From Chrysemys picta bellii (taxonomy: Eukaryota): DNA of 64,000 bases. Below, piece after piece: positions 23,011-37,518 of this stretch. Position 1 is the first letter of the stretch, and each line of letters begins with the position of its first letter. Location: positions 20,212,001 through 20,276,000 of the forward strand of contig NC_088802.1 in assembly GCF_011386835.1 (NCBI RefSeq), given 5' to 3'. The notes beneath the pieces are model-generated. The model saw nothing but the letters and a program-made list of their open reading frames with translations. It made no database searches and was not told the origin of the DNA. Position numbers and translations under genes: made by a program.

Positions 23011-26000
23011 AGCAACAGTGTATGGTTCATAAGAATGAGGGTACTGAGGCTTAGATTATGAAAAGAGCCCAAGTGATTTAGGTTTCTAACCTCAGGGACA
23101 GTCACTTAAAAAGGCTTGTATTTAGGATCAGATTCTCCAAAGTAGGCTAAGGAGTTAGACATTCAAATAGAAAATCATTTCATCTCACTAGACTCCTTTG
23201 AAGATGATAGCCATAATGCATAGTTACACAAGAGGGCAGTGGAGGTGAAAGAATGGGAATTTGCCAGCCATCCTTAAACATCACCAATAGATGGATACAC
23301 AGGTTAAGGAATGAGAAAGGAGCAAATAGACTGTAAAATGGCAGGAAAGAATAGGAAATGAGACAAAGGAAAAGCTATATTGTATAGAGCTGGGCAAAAT
23401 TTTTCAGACAAACATCTGAATCACCGAAAAATGCTGTTTTGATTGATCTGATACATTTGTGAATTTGAAACAAGCTTGCCAAATAGTTTCATCTAAGGCA
23501 AAGGGGAAAAAAAGGCACAGGGAACCTCATTGACTTCCAGTACGTTAAAACAGTGGTTAGGGAACTCATCACCTGGCACGTGGGAGAAACTCGTTCATGA
23601 CCCACCTCTGTCTGTTGTGGAGCAGAGATTTGAAGTTTGGTTTCTCATCTCTCAGGAAAGTGCTTTAATCCCTGGGCTATAAAGTAGTTTCAGGCAGGGC
23701 TTTCTCAGTGTCTCCTCTTGAAGCTGTTCGCTTGTATAAATCAGCAGCACATCAGCATCAGCAGATACACATATCTATAATGCAGCCATGGCAGCATATA
23801 GAATTGGTTTCCATCTTAAATGGTTCCTTGCAAGTCTTCTTCCTTCCACAAGAGTCAGTATGGGAGGATTAAGGTTTCTTAAATCCCACAAAATTGCATA
23901 TTCCAATCTTATTCTTAGTCAGCCTTGTGCTCTATATCCTTTGTCCCCAGATATAAAAAAACTTCAGTAAAAGCATAACAACTTCTGGGAGTTGAACATG
24001 ACTCCACCATGGCAGTCATCTATCTTCTCAACTGATGCCTAATTGCAACTTTCTGGGATCATCTAAGTATCTCCTCATTTGTGACAAATCAAACAAAAGA
24101 AAGTTAAGAATATGCTGTAACTTTTGACACTGAAAACTATTTAGTTTCCTCTCCTCAACCATGTTTAATGGATATGTTTCTTCTGCATATAAGAGAGATG
24201 TCATCACAACAACACGTAACACTTGTTTCTTAGTTGTCACATAGACATCATGCTACCCAAGCAGGGTCCTTTGAATGATTCTGGAATGCCACTGACATTG
24301 GCTACTCAGATACATAAAACTATTCACCCATTCATTGTTGTTGCCATTTACATGCTCTGTCAGCAGGTCACGAATAACCCCGGGCAAAAGAAATTGCCCA
24401 TTCAAATTATTTGCAAAGCTTTCAGTGAAATCAGGATGAGTTCACGAATAACTCAAGGGCAAAAAAAAAAAGGCCAACATTCGCAGCTAACGTTTGGCTG
24501 CCTAATAAAACCACTGACATGGGTCTATGCCTTTTTCAAGAGATCAGAAACTGCCCCCTACATTTCAGAACATTTCCTGATGTGAATAGTATACATTTTT
24601 ATTAATTGTATAATGTGTTACATCATGATAGACTATCAGCATTATTTCTCTTTATACCTCTCTGTGTGTCGTTTATTGTTCCATTAGCATATCTCTCTCT
24701 GACAATTTGGACTAATTTTATTAGTGAAAAAGAAAAGCTTTCGATCAACCCGGAGTTCTTTTTCAGGTCACTGTTCAATGGTAGAACATCCTCTGTGGGG
24801 CAGAGACTCCATATCTTGTGGATATGAAGTGAGCCAGCACCATATGGAAAATAAACCTGCATCAGAAGGACATTGTTTTCTCTAGGAAAGGGAGAAAGGG
24901 GCTGGGAGCCAGGAGCCAGATGGAGGTTCTCAGGGTCTGCTGAGTGGGGTTTGCTCCTTACACGGGGCTGACTGTTCAGTAATTGGTAAAGTTCAGGACA
25001 ACTGCACCTATGTTCCCCCTCTATGGTCCAGTGAGGCCATCCAGTCTCAGGTGTCCTGCTCCCCAGTCGTTACCTCTCTCGGGTGGAGACCTGCATCGTT
25101 GTTGCTTCTGACAGGGGTATTCCCAGGCTGACCAGTTACCTGCCTTCACTGTGTTAATCCAAGCAAAAGATAATCTGCGTAACAGACCAGTTTCACTTCT
25201 TTTCTCACAGACACTACACAGTGTAATTGCTATGTTTCTAAGTTACCACAGAGCTCTTTCTAAGCAAGCATATTTTAGTCTTAAGGTAAATCGCTAAATA
25301 GAAAAATAGATTAAAAACAATAAAAGCTTAGCAGAGATCACCCCAACTGCATTGTGGGCTTTGGTAAGAGCTGTCCTTCAACCCCCACTCAAGGATTTTC
25401 CTGTGGATTCATGTTCTTCACACCCTCACCTCAAAACAAGAACAATGCCTGACTCTGAAGGTGCCTTTTATCGAGTTTGTCTCTTTGAAGAGACCTTGCA
25501 TATGTAATCAGCCAAACAATCTCTGCTCAAAGTGCAGCTTCAAAAGAAGGGTTTCCAGGTGAGCCATTTGCATAGGGCCAGCCCTAGACCAAATGGCACC
25601 CAGGCAAGAAGCATCTTTCCCACCCCCCCATTTGTTAAATGTTTGAATACCTTATTTTTTAATTGCATTTGTAGCACATTTCATGACTTTGGTGAATGAT
25701 TTGCATGCAAGATTTATCCCTGTCATATAAGAAGATAAATTTTCACACCAGGATTTGTAAATCTGTATTTTGTCACTAACAACAAAAACAGCACCCCAAG
25801 ACCGACACCCCACAAGCCCTGGCTCGCCTCCCCTAAATCAAGGCCTGCTTTTGCATTCCCTTCCACCTCCCCCACAAAATGTCCTAGGACATCCACTTTA
25901 CTCGTATTGTCCCCAAGAGTCTTTTGAAGTTCCTAATAGCTCCCAGAGGTTGTATTATTCATGATTTCTCCTAAAGAATCTCCATGCAGTCCTACAACAG

Positions 26001-27489
26001 CACATAAACATTTGCATTTTTAATACAACAAACTCCAAATAGGTTAATCTTAAATCAGTATGTTTTTCCAGGATATTACAGGATATTGCCATTTCTGTCA
26101 CAATGACAATCTTGCAATACAGTGTCTGAACCTCTAGCGGCACTTACTCAACTCAAATCTTCTTCTAGCCTTCTTCTAATTTATATAGGGTTGGGTCTTC
26201 AAGTTCTTCTTATACATTCTAGTCTGTCTTGTATATATTTTTTCTGAAATCCAGTAGCTAACCAAATCCTTTACTATGACATCCATCTATCTAATTTGGG
26301 GTCTTCTTACCCTCCACTTCTAAATTTAACTCTCTCTTTCATATATGTTCTCCCGATTTTCTTTTTGCTTAGCAAAACCATCTAAACCTGGATTCCCTCT
26401 GGTTTTTTTAATAATTGGTACCACCTTCAAATTTCCCCTACTTTGTTTTTTTCTGAACATGGTCCAGCTTGTAACTCCAACCACCCATCTTAAAAATTTC
26501 ATTTCCACTGTATTCAAGATTTCCTACTTTCTCTTCCTCAGTGCCCAGAATTCAGAGCCCTGCAAAAATGCAGATCTAATTACTGTCTTGTAGACAGTAA
26601 TTACAATTTGGTTAACCTATTGAAAACTCAAATGCTCATATAAATATTCATATAGAGACCTATCATGGATAAGTCTATTCCAGTGCATATGATGAACACA
26701 TGAATAATCATATTCCAGTTAAGTGTGACTATGTATCACTACCATGATTCTGAATCTCTCTGTAGGATTGAGATCACACACAATCTTGATTGGGCTCAAT
26801 CCCTCAGGAAGAAGTCCTGTTAGCCTCCGCTGGAGACTTGAATGCAGACAGGCTGTAGGGATTCAACCATTTAGTCTAAACACTCAAGTGCATTCAGTAT
26901 CATGTCTCTAGAGAAGAAGAGATGCACATAAACATAATAGATGAATGAAAAAGCCCATTCAAGTATATTATACTTTCTTTTTTTCTTTCTATAGGATTTG
27001 CATAAGGTGAGGGTGTCTGTTTCATGAACCACTGTTGGGAGGGTGTTCTATGCTTAAATAAGACACAAAATTAAACTGTGGAACTCCTTGCAACAGGGAG
27101 ACATAGAGACCAGAAATGTAGGAAGAATCAGAAAGGGATTGCAGTAGAAAAATAGCCAGAGCTATCATAATTCTTTATGATAAGAGTTTTGGAAATGATA
27201 TTAAATATCAAGCTTCAGGTCTTAAACTAAACTCTAACAATTAGAGACTCTGCTGTGGGGGCAGATTATCCCACATCTGTATACTGTCAGTGTTATTGAG
27301 TTTTCTTCTGAACAGCTGGTTCCGGTCACTGCCAGAAAGAGGAATCTAGACTAGATGGCAGGTCTGATTCAATATGGCAATTCGTATGTTTCCATGACAC
27401 AGACAATGGCAGTACAAGAGGCGAGCAATTTTCTTCAGCATCTTCCTTTATCCAAAAATCTGAAAAGACTTCATGTGCATCACCGTATT

Positions 27490-28816
27490 TTCTATTAATT
27501 TAGATGGAATATATGGCCCCAAAGGTGTTAACATAACCCAGTCACTGTCCAGCATTAAACTGTGTTAAAGAAGCTTCAGAATTTGATATACAGAGAGATC
27601 AGCCTACTTGTTACCATGGCAAACACACCATTAAACATCCTTTATAGCTTTTATTAAAGACACAGAAAAGAAGGAAAAACAATTGAAGCCTTTGAAAAGC
27701 AAAGTGTTAAATAAGGCCTTTATTTTAACAACATCTGTTATGCCCCTCCACTTTAGCTGAAGTAAGTTTTTGGAAGGAAAAAAAACAACCAAAAACCTTG
27801 TTTGACAGACTTTTAGATGGCATTAAAATTGGTAATAACTGTTCTTTTGGGGAAAAGAGAAGAAATTAGTAGGGCTGGGCAGAAGCTATTGTTGTTGTTC
27901 TTGTTAAATTCTGATCCCGTTTCCTAGAAATCAAAACAAGAGAAACACACACGCAAGGGGAAAGAAAGGAACAGCAAAGAGAGAAAACACAATTTCAGTC
28001 TCTGGGGTTGACTCTCATTTGCAACTTCACGGCGGGAGAAACACAGGCACGGCCCACAGTCATTTTAGCCACTTAGAGACCTGGCAAGCTTGTACCAGCA
28101 TCCAGCTGTTTAGGGCATTACTTTCAGAGGCCTCTTTCTGGTCACAGGCTCACAGCAGTGCTCCTAAGTAGGCAGTCTTGTCCTGCTAAGCCAGACTCTC
28201 ATTGGAGAGAAGGGAAAAGGGGAGGGATAGGAAAGAGAACAAATAAAGCGGTGAAGGAAAAGGAGGCGGGGCGAAGGGGAGGAAGACAGAGCGAGAGAAA
28301 GTCTCACATCTCAGGCGGTTTTGGGGATTTAGATGGAGGCAGTGATGGTGTCATCTTCCTCCCTCTCTCTGGACCAGTCTGGTCAAGACATCTTCCAGGA
28401 TTAGGATGAAGAAGTTCTGGGAACAGGGAAATGGTGGGGGTGTCAGCCATGATGGTGACGCTCACTCCGGTAGCAATTTATCTACTCAAAACCTCTTTCT
28501 TTAAGAACCCCAAAAGGGACTGCTGAGTGTACTAGCCCATCCCCTCATTACTTTGCTCACCAATTAGGCCTAGTTTAATACACTGATTTTTCAGTCTCAC
28601 ATGGTCTTAGTTATGAGGTATGATCTTAGCACAGTCTGTGAGTTCTATCAGGAGACCTTTTCCTTTGGAGTAATTCAGTTTCCCTTTCTCCCTCCCTTTA
28701 GTGTCCTTTTCCATCACCATTTGCTATTAGAGGCTACTGTGACATCTGATGAACTGTCACATACTTTTTACAGTTGAGTTCACAATGAGGGTAAGTTTGT
28801 TGGCCAAATTATTACA
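27490..28816. repeat. Unclassified ~1.3-kb insertion, possibly LTR-type
   Basis: Absent at the paralogous position ~9822. Its left end is repeated at ~13680-13920 and ~59560-59790. No TSD recognised. Confidence 0.4.
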
Positions 28817-28996
28817 AGATATATTAAAAACAACAATCCATCTGTGAGGTTCTTTTCCCCAAATTACAGAAGGTTATTACCATCTATCATCTAAGCATCA
28901 ACAAAATATTACTCTCTGTGCTTAAAATTAAAGTAAAGAGTGTCTATGACCCAGAGAGCTTAAATATAATAGTCTGAGACACTGGAAAAACCATGT

Positions 28997-28999
<3 letters not shown>

Positions 29000-29046
<47 letters not shown>
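29000..29046. repeat. (TA)n microsatellite
   Basis: Direct reading. Other simple repeats: (CTAT)n ~7704, (TTTC)n ~9357, (AAAG)n ~34827, (CT)n ~49509, (GA)n ~53660. Confidence 0.95.
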
Positions 29047-29049
<3 letters not shown>

Positions 29050-29705
29050 ATCTGGCCTGGGTAATACAGGAGGTCAGTCTAGGAGAACACACTGGTCTCT
29101 TCTGGCCTTTGAATTTCTGAAATCAATTCCTTGTTATACGTGGCAGTGTACAAATATTAGAGATGATATAGAAATTTCCATCACACAGGAAGCGCCATAT
29201 TTTAACATTTCGTTTAATCTCATCAGGGGCCAAAAAGATTAAATGTCAACATTTTCATGAGATTAAAAATTATAAAAGGTTTGGATGCAGAAATGTCTAA
29301 ATATTTCATTTTTAAATTTTATTGTAACAAAACATTTCCTCTTGAAATTTCCATTTCAAATGAAAACATTCATGTTCAATGAATATTTATATTTACAATG
29401 ATCTTGAGATGACTCATTTTATTGTCAATTTAAGTGAAAATAACAATTTAAAATGCATGTTTTCATTTCAGTTGTAACTTTTGAAACAAAAAATTACATT
29501 TCATTTTGAGACCTCAAATTGAAATGGAAACTCCCCCCCAACAAAAAAATAATGAAATATTTTTCTTCAAAATTCAGATTTTCACACAGAAAATTTCGAT
29601 CTTGATGTAATAACACTTTCAGATTTTGTTTTCCAAACATGGGAACAAATTTGACCACAACTGATAAACATAGAAGTGGTCATCATTCCTGTTCTAAAGA
29701 AATTA

Positions 29706-29918
29706 CAGGTCTGTCACATCTTAGGCTATTTCATGTGCTATTTCAGCTTTATGCAGTCGGCAAGAAAAAAAAAAGAGAAAAATAACAATTTAAATACTGT
29801 TTCTCTAGTGCGGGCAATTCCATCTGCCATTACACTCAATGTAATTTTGACTATACGCGATTTTCGCTTTAGGCGCTGACTGCGGAACGTAACCCCAGCA
29901 TAAGATGAGACAGTCCAA
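29706..29918. mobile_element. Tc1/mariner (Tigger-like) MITE
   Basis: Follows TA. Left GGTCTGTCACATCTTA matches the reverse complement of right TAAGATGAGACAGTCC (14/16). Confidence 0.55.
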
Positions 29919-31717
29919 CAGAGTGATGCTTAGTAGGCAGGACACCCTGCAAAAGCAAGAGGGGACAGTAGTTAAATCATGCTATTTTCTATTCAATGAG
30001 CTGGTTGCAAAAGTTGTGAATGTTAATGAGAAAGAGGGACATGATTTTATTTTCATGAAAATATTCCCATTTTGAACTAGCTCTATTCATTTTTTGTGAA
30101 GAATGGGCAGATGGATAATTGTGTGATTCAAGGCAGAGACAGGGACGGAAGTGATCAGGCTTCAATATCCTTCTCCACACCGAGTTTCTGACTGACCTTG
30201 GGCATGTCACTGGAATATATTTTTCCATACAATAGAATTAGAGCACCTGACTCTTCATTTACACGAGACCACATCTCTGTATGTCCAACTTTGACAAAAG
30301 GTGGATTCTGAATCATAACTTTATTTGCTGAGGCAAGAGCCTCAGCTCACATCTCAGTGTAGCTCTGTGCCTTTCAGTGGAATTATGTTGCTTTCCACCA
30401 CCTGCGGTGCTGCATCTAAGCGTGAATTGCACTGGGTGCATTTTGCCAGCACCACTTCCTATTATGTTTAGGATTTAAGTGGTAACTCAATGACAAACAG
30501 GTCTTTCCAACTCAATGGTGAGTGAAAGTTGAGGAATGCAAAATCACTTTAGAATATGAACAATAAGGGCCAGATTCCCAGTTCATGTAAATCCACATAG
30601 CATCATTAAATCAATGGAACTACGTGAATTCACACCCAAAGTTAGATTCACAAGGGGATGTAGCTGTTCTAATGCTGAGCATTGCAGTCGGTAAGTTTTA
30701 GGTGATTTTTTATAATCACTTGGTTTCCAGAGCCTGAGTTGGGTAGCCAGGCTCCCCACACAGTGAAAAGGGAGACAAAGGCACCTAAGAATGGGATTAA
30801 GAAAAGCCAACATGACAGATGGTTCCTTAGCCAATGGGAAAGGCGAAGCAGAGGGTTGTGTTCTAAACTCTGCAGCTATCACAGGAGTTCAGTCCCTATC
30901 TCCTCTGGGGAAAGGCACCTCCTTCACCTTGGGATTCTCATCTGGGAAGCTTCCAACCCAACCAAAGGTGGCAAGAAACCCCGGTGAGAGAGGGGAGAGA
31001 AGAAGAAGGAATTAGGTGGAGTAAACCCCTCAAATTATATCCTAGCAGTAAGGGATATAGTAGACCCGCTTCAAGTGCCTGATAAAAAGAGAGATTTTTA
31101 AAAAGGATCTGCTTCCTCCCATGTGGGTGCTCTAACCACTGTGATATGGGATACCTGACATGTGTCTCTCTCAATCTCTCCTAATAGAGCCTTAATTCCT
31201 CTGTGCATCTTGGCCCAGTTGGGGATTACACTACTTATTAATTATTATTATTATTGGAGACAGATACATTAATAGGGATGAATCCTATAAGACACTACAG
31301 ATATTGAATAGAGTTTTCAACAAAAGACGGAACTACAGAATGCAATAGATAAAGATATCATTTTCATAGAACTGGCCAGATCCTCAAGTGGTACAAATTG
31401 GCCGTAGATCCATTGAAGTCAGCGGGTCAGACTGAAAAAGCTATTGGCCCAAAGAGAGAGAGAGAACCAGAGCATGAATGGCTCTAGATCCTGGTGCTTC
31501 TAGCACGCACCCTACTTGGAGACCCAGGATTCCGTCTCCTTTGCTCCAGTTTCGCTTCTTCCCAATGGGGATGTGGCCTGCTGATTTCAATGTAGCCCCA
31601 CTGATTTAGATCAGCTTAGGCTTTGGCCCAAACTATCTCCCTGAGTTGAGAATCTCTCAAACACACGTTATCCGCAGTTCTATGCTCTTTGTTTTTTTAA
31701 AAAATATAAGATCGACA

Positions 31718-32650
31718 CTACTTTAGAAATTTGAATTTCTGCAACATTTTCCCTACAGTTATTTTTACCTCCTTGTTTTTCAGGCTGTAGATGATGGGGT
31801 TTAACATGGGGGTCAAGATGCTGTACTGGATCGAGAACATGTTATCCAGAACCACAGAGGAGACCGAGCTGGGTTTTGTGTATTGGAAAAAAGCTGTCAA
31901 GTACAACAAACCAACCACAATAAGGTGGGAGCTGCAGGTGGAGAAGGCTTTACGCCTGCCCTCCGCAAAGCATATCCTCAGGATGGTGCAGATGATGTTA
32001 ATGTAGGAGATCAGGGTGAGGAGGAAGGTGCTTGATCCAAGTATGACAGCAGAAGTAAGAAGCACAACTTGATTGGTGAGTGTCTCAGTGCAGGACAGAT
32101 GTAATGGAGGAGGGAGTTCACAGCTGAAATGGTTGATTTGACTGGGCCCACAGAAATGCAACTTGAGGGCAAAAACTGTGTTAAGCAGGGCATCAGTGAA
32201 GCCTATTGCCCATGCACCACTCACCAACTGAACACATATCCCTGTGCTCATTGTGTCCATGTAACGCAATGGGTCACAGATGTCAGCATAGCGATCATAA
32301 GCCATCGCTGAGAGAATACAAATTTCAGTAGCAGCTAGCAGAAAGAAGAAGAACATCTGTGCAATGCAGCTATTGACAGAAATGGTTTTGTGCTCTGATA
32401 AGAAATGCACCAACATCTTAGGGACAATGGCTGAGGAATAGCAGATATCAACAAAGGATAAATGAGACAGGAAAAAGTACATTGGGGTGTGAAGATGACG
32501 ATCAGCCATTATCACCAGAATTATCATCATGTTTGCCAAAAGCGTGATTAGGTAGACAACTAAAAACACCAGGAAAAGGAAACTCTGCATCTGTGGGTCA
32601 TTGGAAAGTCCCAGGAGTATAAATTCAGTCACTTCAGTTTGATTTCCCAT
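31718..32650 (-). CDS. Olfactory receptor, class II, open ORF with some atypical substitutions (OR-C)
   Basis: 310-aa ORF with [38 protein letters not shown]. Confidence 0.95.
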   Translation of the reverse strand: MGNQTEVTEFILLGLSNDPQMQSFLFLVFLVVYLITLLANMMIILVIMADRHLHTPMYFFLSHLSFVDICYSSAIVPKMLVHFLSEHKTISVNSCIAQMFFFFLLAATEICILSAMAYDRYADICDPLRYMDTMSTGICVQLVSGAWAIGFTDALLNTVFALKLHFCGPSQINHFSCELPPPLHLSCTETLTNQVVLLTSAVILGSSTFLLTLISYINIICTILRICFAEGRRKAFSTCSSHLIVVGLLYLTAFFQYTKPSSVSSVVLDNMFSIQYSILTPMLNPIIYSLKNKEVKITVGKMLQKFKFLK

Positions 32651-33379
32651 TGATCCTTACTCAGGAAAACTGACCTGTGAGACTGGAAAAAATAAAATTA
32701 ACACGCGTAACTTGAAATGGCATGTGGAGATCATCTGATCAGTAGAATGAATGCAGAAAAGGACTTTGGCACCAAACTACTGCCTTTGTTGCCTAAATCC
32801 CAGGATCAGGCCCCACTACTATTCACAGAAACTCCGCTCAGTTGTTATATTGGGAAAGTCTAGGGTGAGCAGATAGAAAATGTGAAAAATCGGGACAGGA
32901 TGGGGGGTAATAGGAGCCTATATTAGAAAGACCCCAAAATTGGGTCTGTCTCTATAAAATTGGGGCATGTGGTCACCTAGGACAGTTGAACATAGGGCTC
33001 CCTCATTATCTCGTATTGAAGCTGTTTCTCGGTAGTTAAATAATAAAAAAAAAAAAAAACTTTGGAGCAGAGGGACTGGATACTCTGTCTCCTGTATCTG
33101 GAGGTGAATGCCCTAACCACCAGGATATAGAGTCACCCTTGCTGTCTCTCTCTGGCCTAATATCTCTTTCATCTGTCCCATTAACTTCAATAGAGCTACA
33201 GCTGATTTACACCAGCTGGAGATTTGGCCCATTGGTGCCTATGGAGCTATGGCTGATGCACACCAGCATTGGATCTGGCCAGTTCTATAAATATTCTACA
33301 AAAACTACAGAATGTAATATCTGTAGCATCTTATTGAATTGATCCCTATTAAAATCCCCAAATTTCTAGAAGAAAAGGA

Positions 33380-36300
33380 AGAAACCTCTGAGGCCTAGAA
33401 ATTCTGGTTTCCCATGGGTAAAACCTGTCAACCCAAACCAGTATGGAGAATATGGCATGCATAATATTATCGATTACCTCTAAAATGGGCCTCAGAAGAC
33501 CTTATCTGTATGACAGCCTCCTCCCCAGCAGAGTGTTTTGTGTGGAGGTGGGCAACCTCATGTATCATGCAACTGTCCAAACAACCAGAGATCATTTGTG
33601 ACAACAAAATGAAAAGGAGTCATCTTATAAACCAAGAAGTGATCCGAGCTTTTCTTTTGGCAAAACCAAAAGAGAGAGCCTGGAGTAAACAAATGCTCCA
33701 ACACTGGAAGGAGAGAAATGACAACACCAAGAAAGAAATGACTGAGCATAGACTTACTGCACAACTGAGAGCTTTATTCCAAAGAGGAGAATTTACACAA
33801 ATGGAGATTGAAAGCCTGAAAAGAGAGATTAGTCATGTAGAACTATGTACAAACATTTTGGTGGGAGCAGTGACATAGGATAAACAGAAGCCAGAAATGG
33901 AAGAAAATTTGAGGACAAATGAAAGAGCGAAAGAGCACCTGAAGAAAGTAAAGAAAATATGAAGGATTTGTTGATTGAGATCATGCAGAGCCTAAGAGAC
34001 ATTGAGCCCTACCAACTGTGAAATTTGTAGACCATCACGCACTGGATGATATAATGCAAACACTTAATGAAGTGGTCAAGGAAACTGGAGAAAAAAACAA
34101 CAAGGATTACCAGTACAATTATATAATATATGCTACAGTTACAGTAGCAGCTCTTTGGTTTAACAGCAAGCCATCTGAACATATGGACCATTGGAAAACT
34201 TCCTATCTTCAGGAACCTCCATGGAAATGAAGGTTAAAACAGAAAAGTACGCTTTTTCATTGAGATACAGTCTACTGGAAGAATATGAGAAAAATCGTTT
34301 GAAGAGAAAAAAGCAGCAAACAGCCTTGGAGATAAAATATCAGCTGAATGAAAGGATGTGAGAGTTATGAAGGAACAATGTAAAGAGAAGCTGATCACTT
34401 AGTGTCATGGACTTGAAAGATTTCAGCACAAAGTTATTAGTATAGAGAGAACAGTCACTTCACCAGAGACCCTTGCAGATTCTTTCATCTGATTGATATT
34501 AAAAAAAAAGAATAGGCAAAAATAGAGAGCCAAAACATGATGATGAAGAGTTGCACTGCAATCTGGTCTGAGACTGTACAACATGAGCAAAGAGCGAACT
34601 GGATTAGAAATGAAAGAAAAAGTTTACAAAACACAGCACAGAGGAATACACAGAAAGACCAAAGAAAGAAATGAGGTACTGAGATAAATGAAAAATTGGA
34701 AATCACCCGGACCAGATGGGATGCCTGGATTCTGACTGAAATGCCTTACAACTCCAGGATTGTTTAATTTGAACAACTTAATAAACGTTTGAAGAATGGA
34801 TTTCGAAGATGGATGGTGACAGAGACAAAGAAAGAAAGAAAGGAAGAAAGAAAGAAAGAAAGAGATCCTATGACTTATAGACTGACCACATGTTTACCAA
34901 CTATAAGAAAACTTCTAACAATAATTCTGGCAAAGACGATCTGGATAGTGCTAGCTCACAATGGAATGCTGGTTCCTGAGCAAAAAGGCAGCACAGTAAA
35001 CATGAAAGGAACAAAAGGCCACCTCTGGCTAAACAGGAGGATCACAGAAGATTGAAAACAAAGAAAGTCTACCCACACAATGGCTAACTTTTTTTCTACC
35101 AGAGAGCATCCAACAGTGTCTCACAATCAAGGATCACCGAGACACTGAAAATGTCCATGGTTCATCCACAGAGCATTCCTTTTCTGCAGCAATCTATGTT
35201 TAACTGGAGCACTCAACTCTCCCAGGAAGGGACTAATTGATGAGATTCAAATTAAAAGAGAAATCTTTCAAGGGGATTCCTTAGCACCAGTGCTGTTTGT
35301 GGTAACCATGCTGCCACTGACATGGATGCTTGTTGAGATAACCACAATTGACCATGTCAGCGAAGACCAACAACCAGTTAATTTGTTCAACATGAGCAAT
35401 CTGAAACTACATGAACAGTCACAAAAAGGAGCTACAGAGATTGATGATATGTGGAAAAGTTTGGTGAAGATATAAAGCTATGGGTTGGCTTGGCTAAATG
35501 TGTGTCAGCATCTGTAAAAATGGCCAGACTGGTACAATCTGATGACATACAAGTTAATGATGGAACTATCCATGATATCTCAGCATGACCCCTACAAAAT
35601 CTTGGAATCAGGGAACTGTCAGAGTTACAAAATAAGAAACTGAAAGAAAAAGTGAGGAAAGAATATTACAGATATACAATAACTTCTCTATGGACAAAGC
35701 TGAAGTCTAAGAATTTGATCTGAGCCATTAATATGTGGGGGGATGCCAGTAGTACAGAATATTGCTAGAGTGATAAAGTGGAATCGAGAAGAGAAGAAAA
35801 AAATGGCATCCAAAGAAGACAATTGCAATCTAATACTCTATGCATCACCAGCAGCTAAGTCATGGACAGGATGTACATTCCATGATGCGATAAAGGAAAA
35901 CCTCTGCTATCTGTGGAAGAAACAATTGACAATGAAGACTATAATATCAAAATATATGAGGCGTTAACCAGAATAAAGATCATCCGGTCACGATAACAAG
36001 CAATGACTGAGCTGCATCCAAGCCCAAGAAAGCATGAAAGAAAGGAGAAAGCAAACTGCCAAAAAAGATTTGAAAGATTTACACAGAGATCAATGCACGG
36101 ACATGGGTGGAGAGAGATCAAACCTATTGGAGATAGAAGATTGACAAACTCATGACTTGTGGAAGGATCCCTCAAAAAAGAGGCAGAGCCTCATTATGAG
36201 TGGATAAGAAAAATCCTTATGGGGCTTAATTATGTAAAAAGTAAAATTGATCGAAAACTGCCTCCCGAGCCGCAGAATGTGTTCTAAAAAGGAAGAGATG

Positions 36301-36910
36301 GTGTTGAGCAACTGCTAGAGCCTATCTGGGAGAGAATATATGAACAGACACTCTGCATTTGCCAAGTGTCTGCACTGGAGCCTCTGTACAAAGCCATACT
36401 TGCCACAAACTGTGCTATTACGAACACCAAGCTGAAAGCGCTCTAGAGAATGAAGATGGTAAGATTTATGGGATCTGGCAATTATCACAGACCGAATGGT
36501 GCAGTCAAACAGGCCAGACATATTTGTAGAAAAAGACAGCAAACAAGCCCATGTTAATTGATGTTGCTGTGCCTGCACACAAACAAAAAAAAAACAAGGA
36601 GAGAGGATGGTGAAGTTTGAAGAATGCTGCCTTGAAGCTGAGCAATTATAGAAAACTAGAACACAATCCAAGCAGTTATTGGAGCTAGGGGTAAAATAGG
36701 ACAGGACTGCAAGACATCGTTGTCAGTGACTTCCAGCAGAAACCACTCTTCGGCACTGTGAGAATGTGAAGGAAAGTCCAAGGAGAATGAATGAATTTGA
36801 GCATCTGAAATGCAGGAATTCTGTCGAATGTTTAATAAGACTCCTGATTACCCAAACCTACAGAGTCCCATCGGCCAATATTTATAGGTGACACGTGGGG
36901 ATACATTTTA
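33380..36910 (+). mobile_element. R4/Dong/Rex6-clade non-LTR retrotransposon, near full-length, degenerate
   Basis: N-terminal EVIRAFLLAKPKERAWSKQMLQHWKERN..TEHRLTAQLRA. RT motifs NWKSPGPDG, YRLTTCLPTIRKLL, PEQKG, IFQGDSLAP. Endonuclease ITDRMVQSNRPDIFV..IDVAVP. Many stops and frameshifts. Confidence 0.8.
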
Positions 36911-37518
36911 GACAGCAGCTTCCTCCTTTTGACTCAGTGTCCTGCAAGTCTGAATATCAGGCTCCTCATATAAGAGACTCTGTCCTGCCCTCTTGGAAGT
37001 GAATGGCTATTTTGACATTGATTTTTAGTGGAAATGGGAATGAAGCCAGTGTTCTGTCCAACGCCAAATTGATGTTTCAACCCAAATGTCTGTCAGAGAG
37101 AAACTAAATCTTTTCCCCCTTATCAGCTCATCAGACAAATGTCCAAGCAAAGAGATCTTGTAGTAGAACCTGAATGTCACTGGCAGATTCTGTGCAAACT
37201 GAACTCCAAAGCTAAGAGCCATCTCCAGAGAATGCCCTGCCCCCAATCTCACCACCCCCAAACACAAACATTACTGCTATTATGCACCAACTGACCTAAT
37301 TTGTGTCAGTGCTGTTGAGCGTGAGAGCTGGGTGATTCATATAGTAGCTGCATTGCCAGCCACAGCTTCTCTGCTGTAACTGACATTGTGAGCAGAGTGT
37401 TGCATCCAGGCAGAAGTCAATGGGACTCCGCAGAAAGAGCCACCCCTAGATAAGTTGAGCAGAATCTGGTCCTTTGAAATTGAAAGATTCAAGTGAATAA
37501 GAATATGAATCAACTCAC

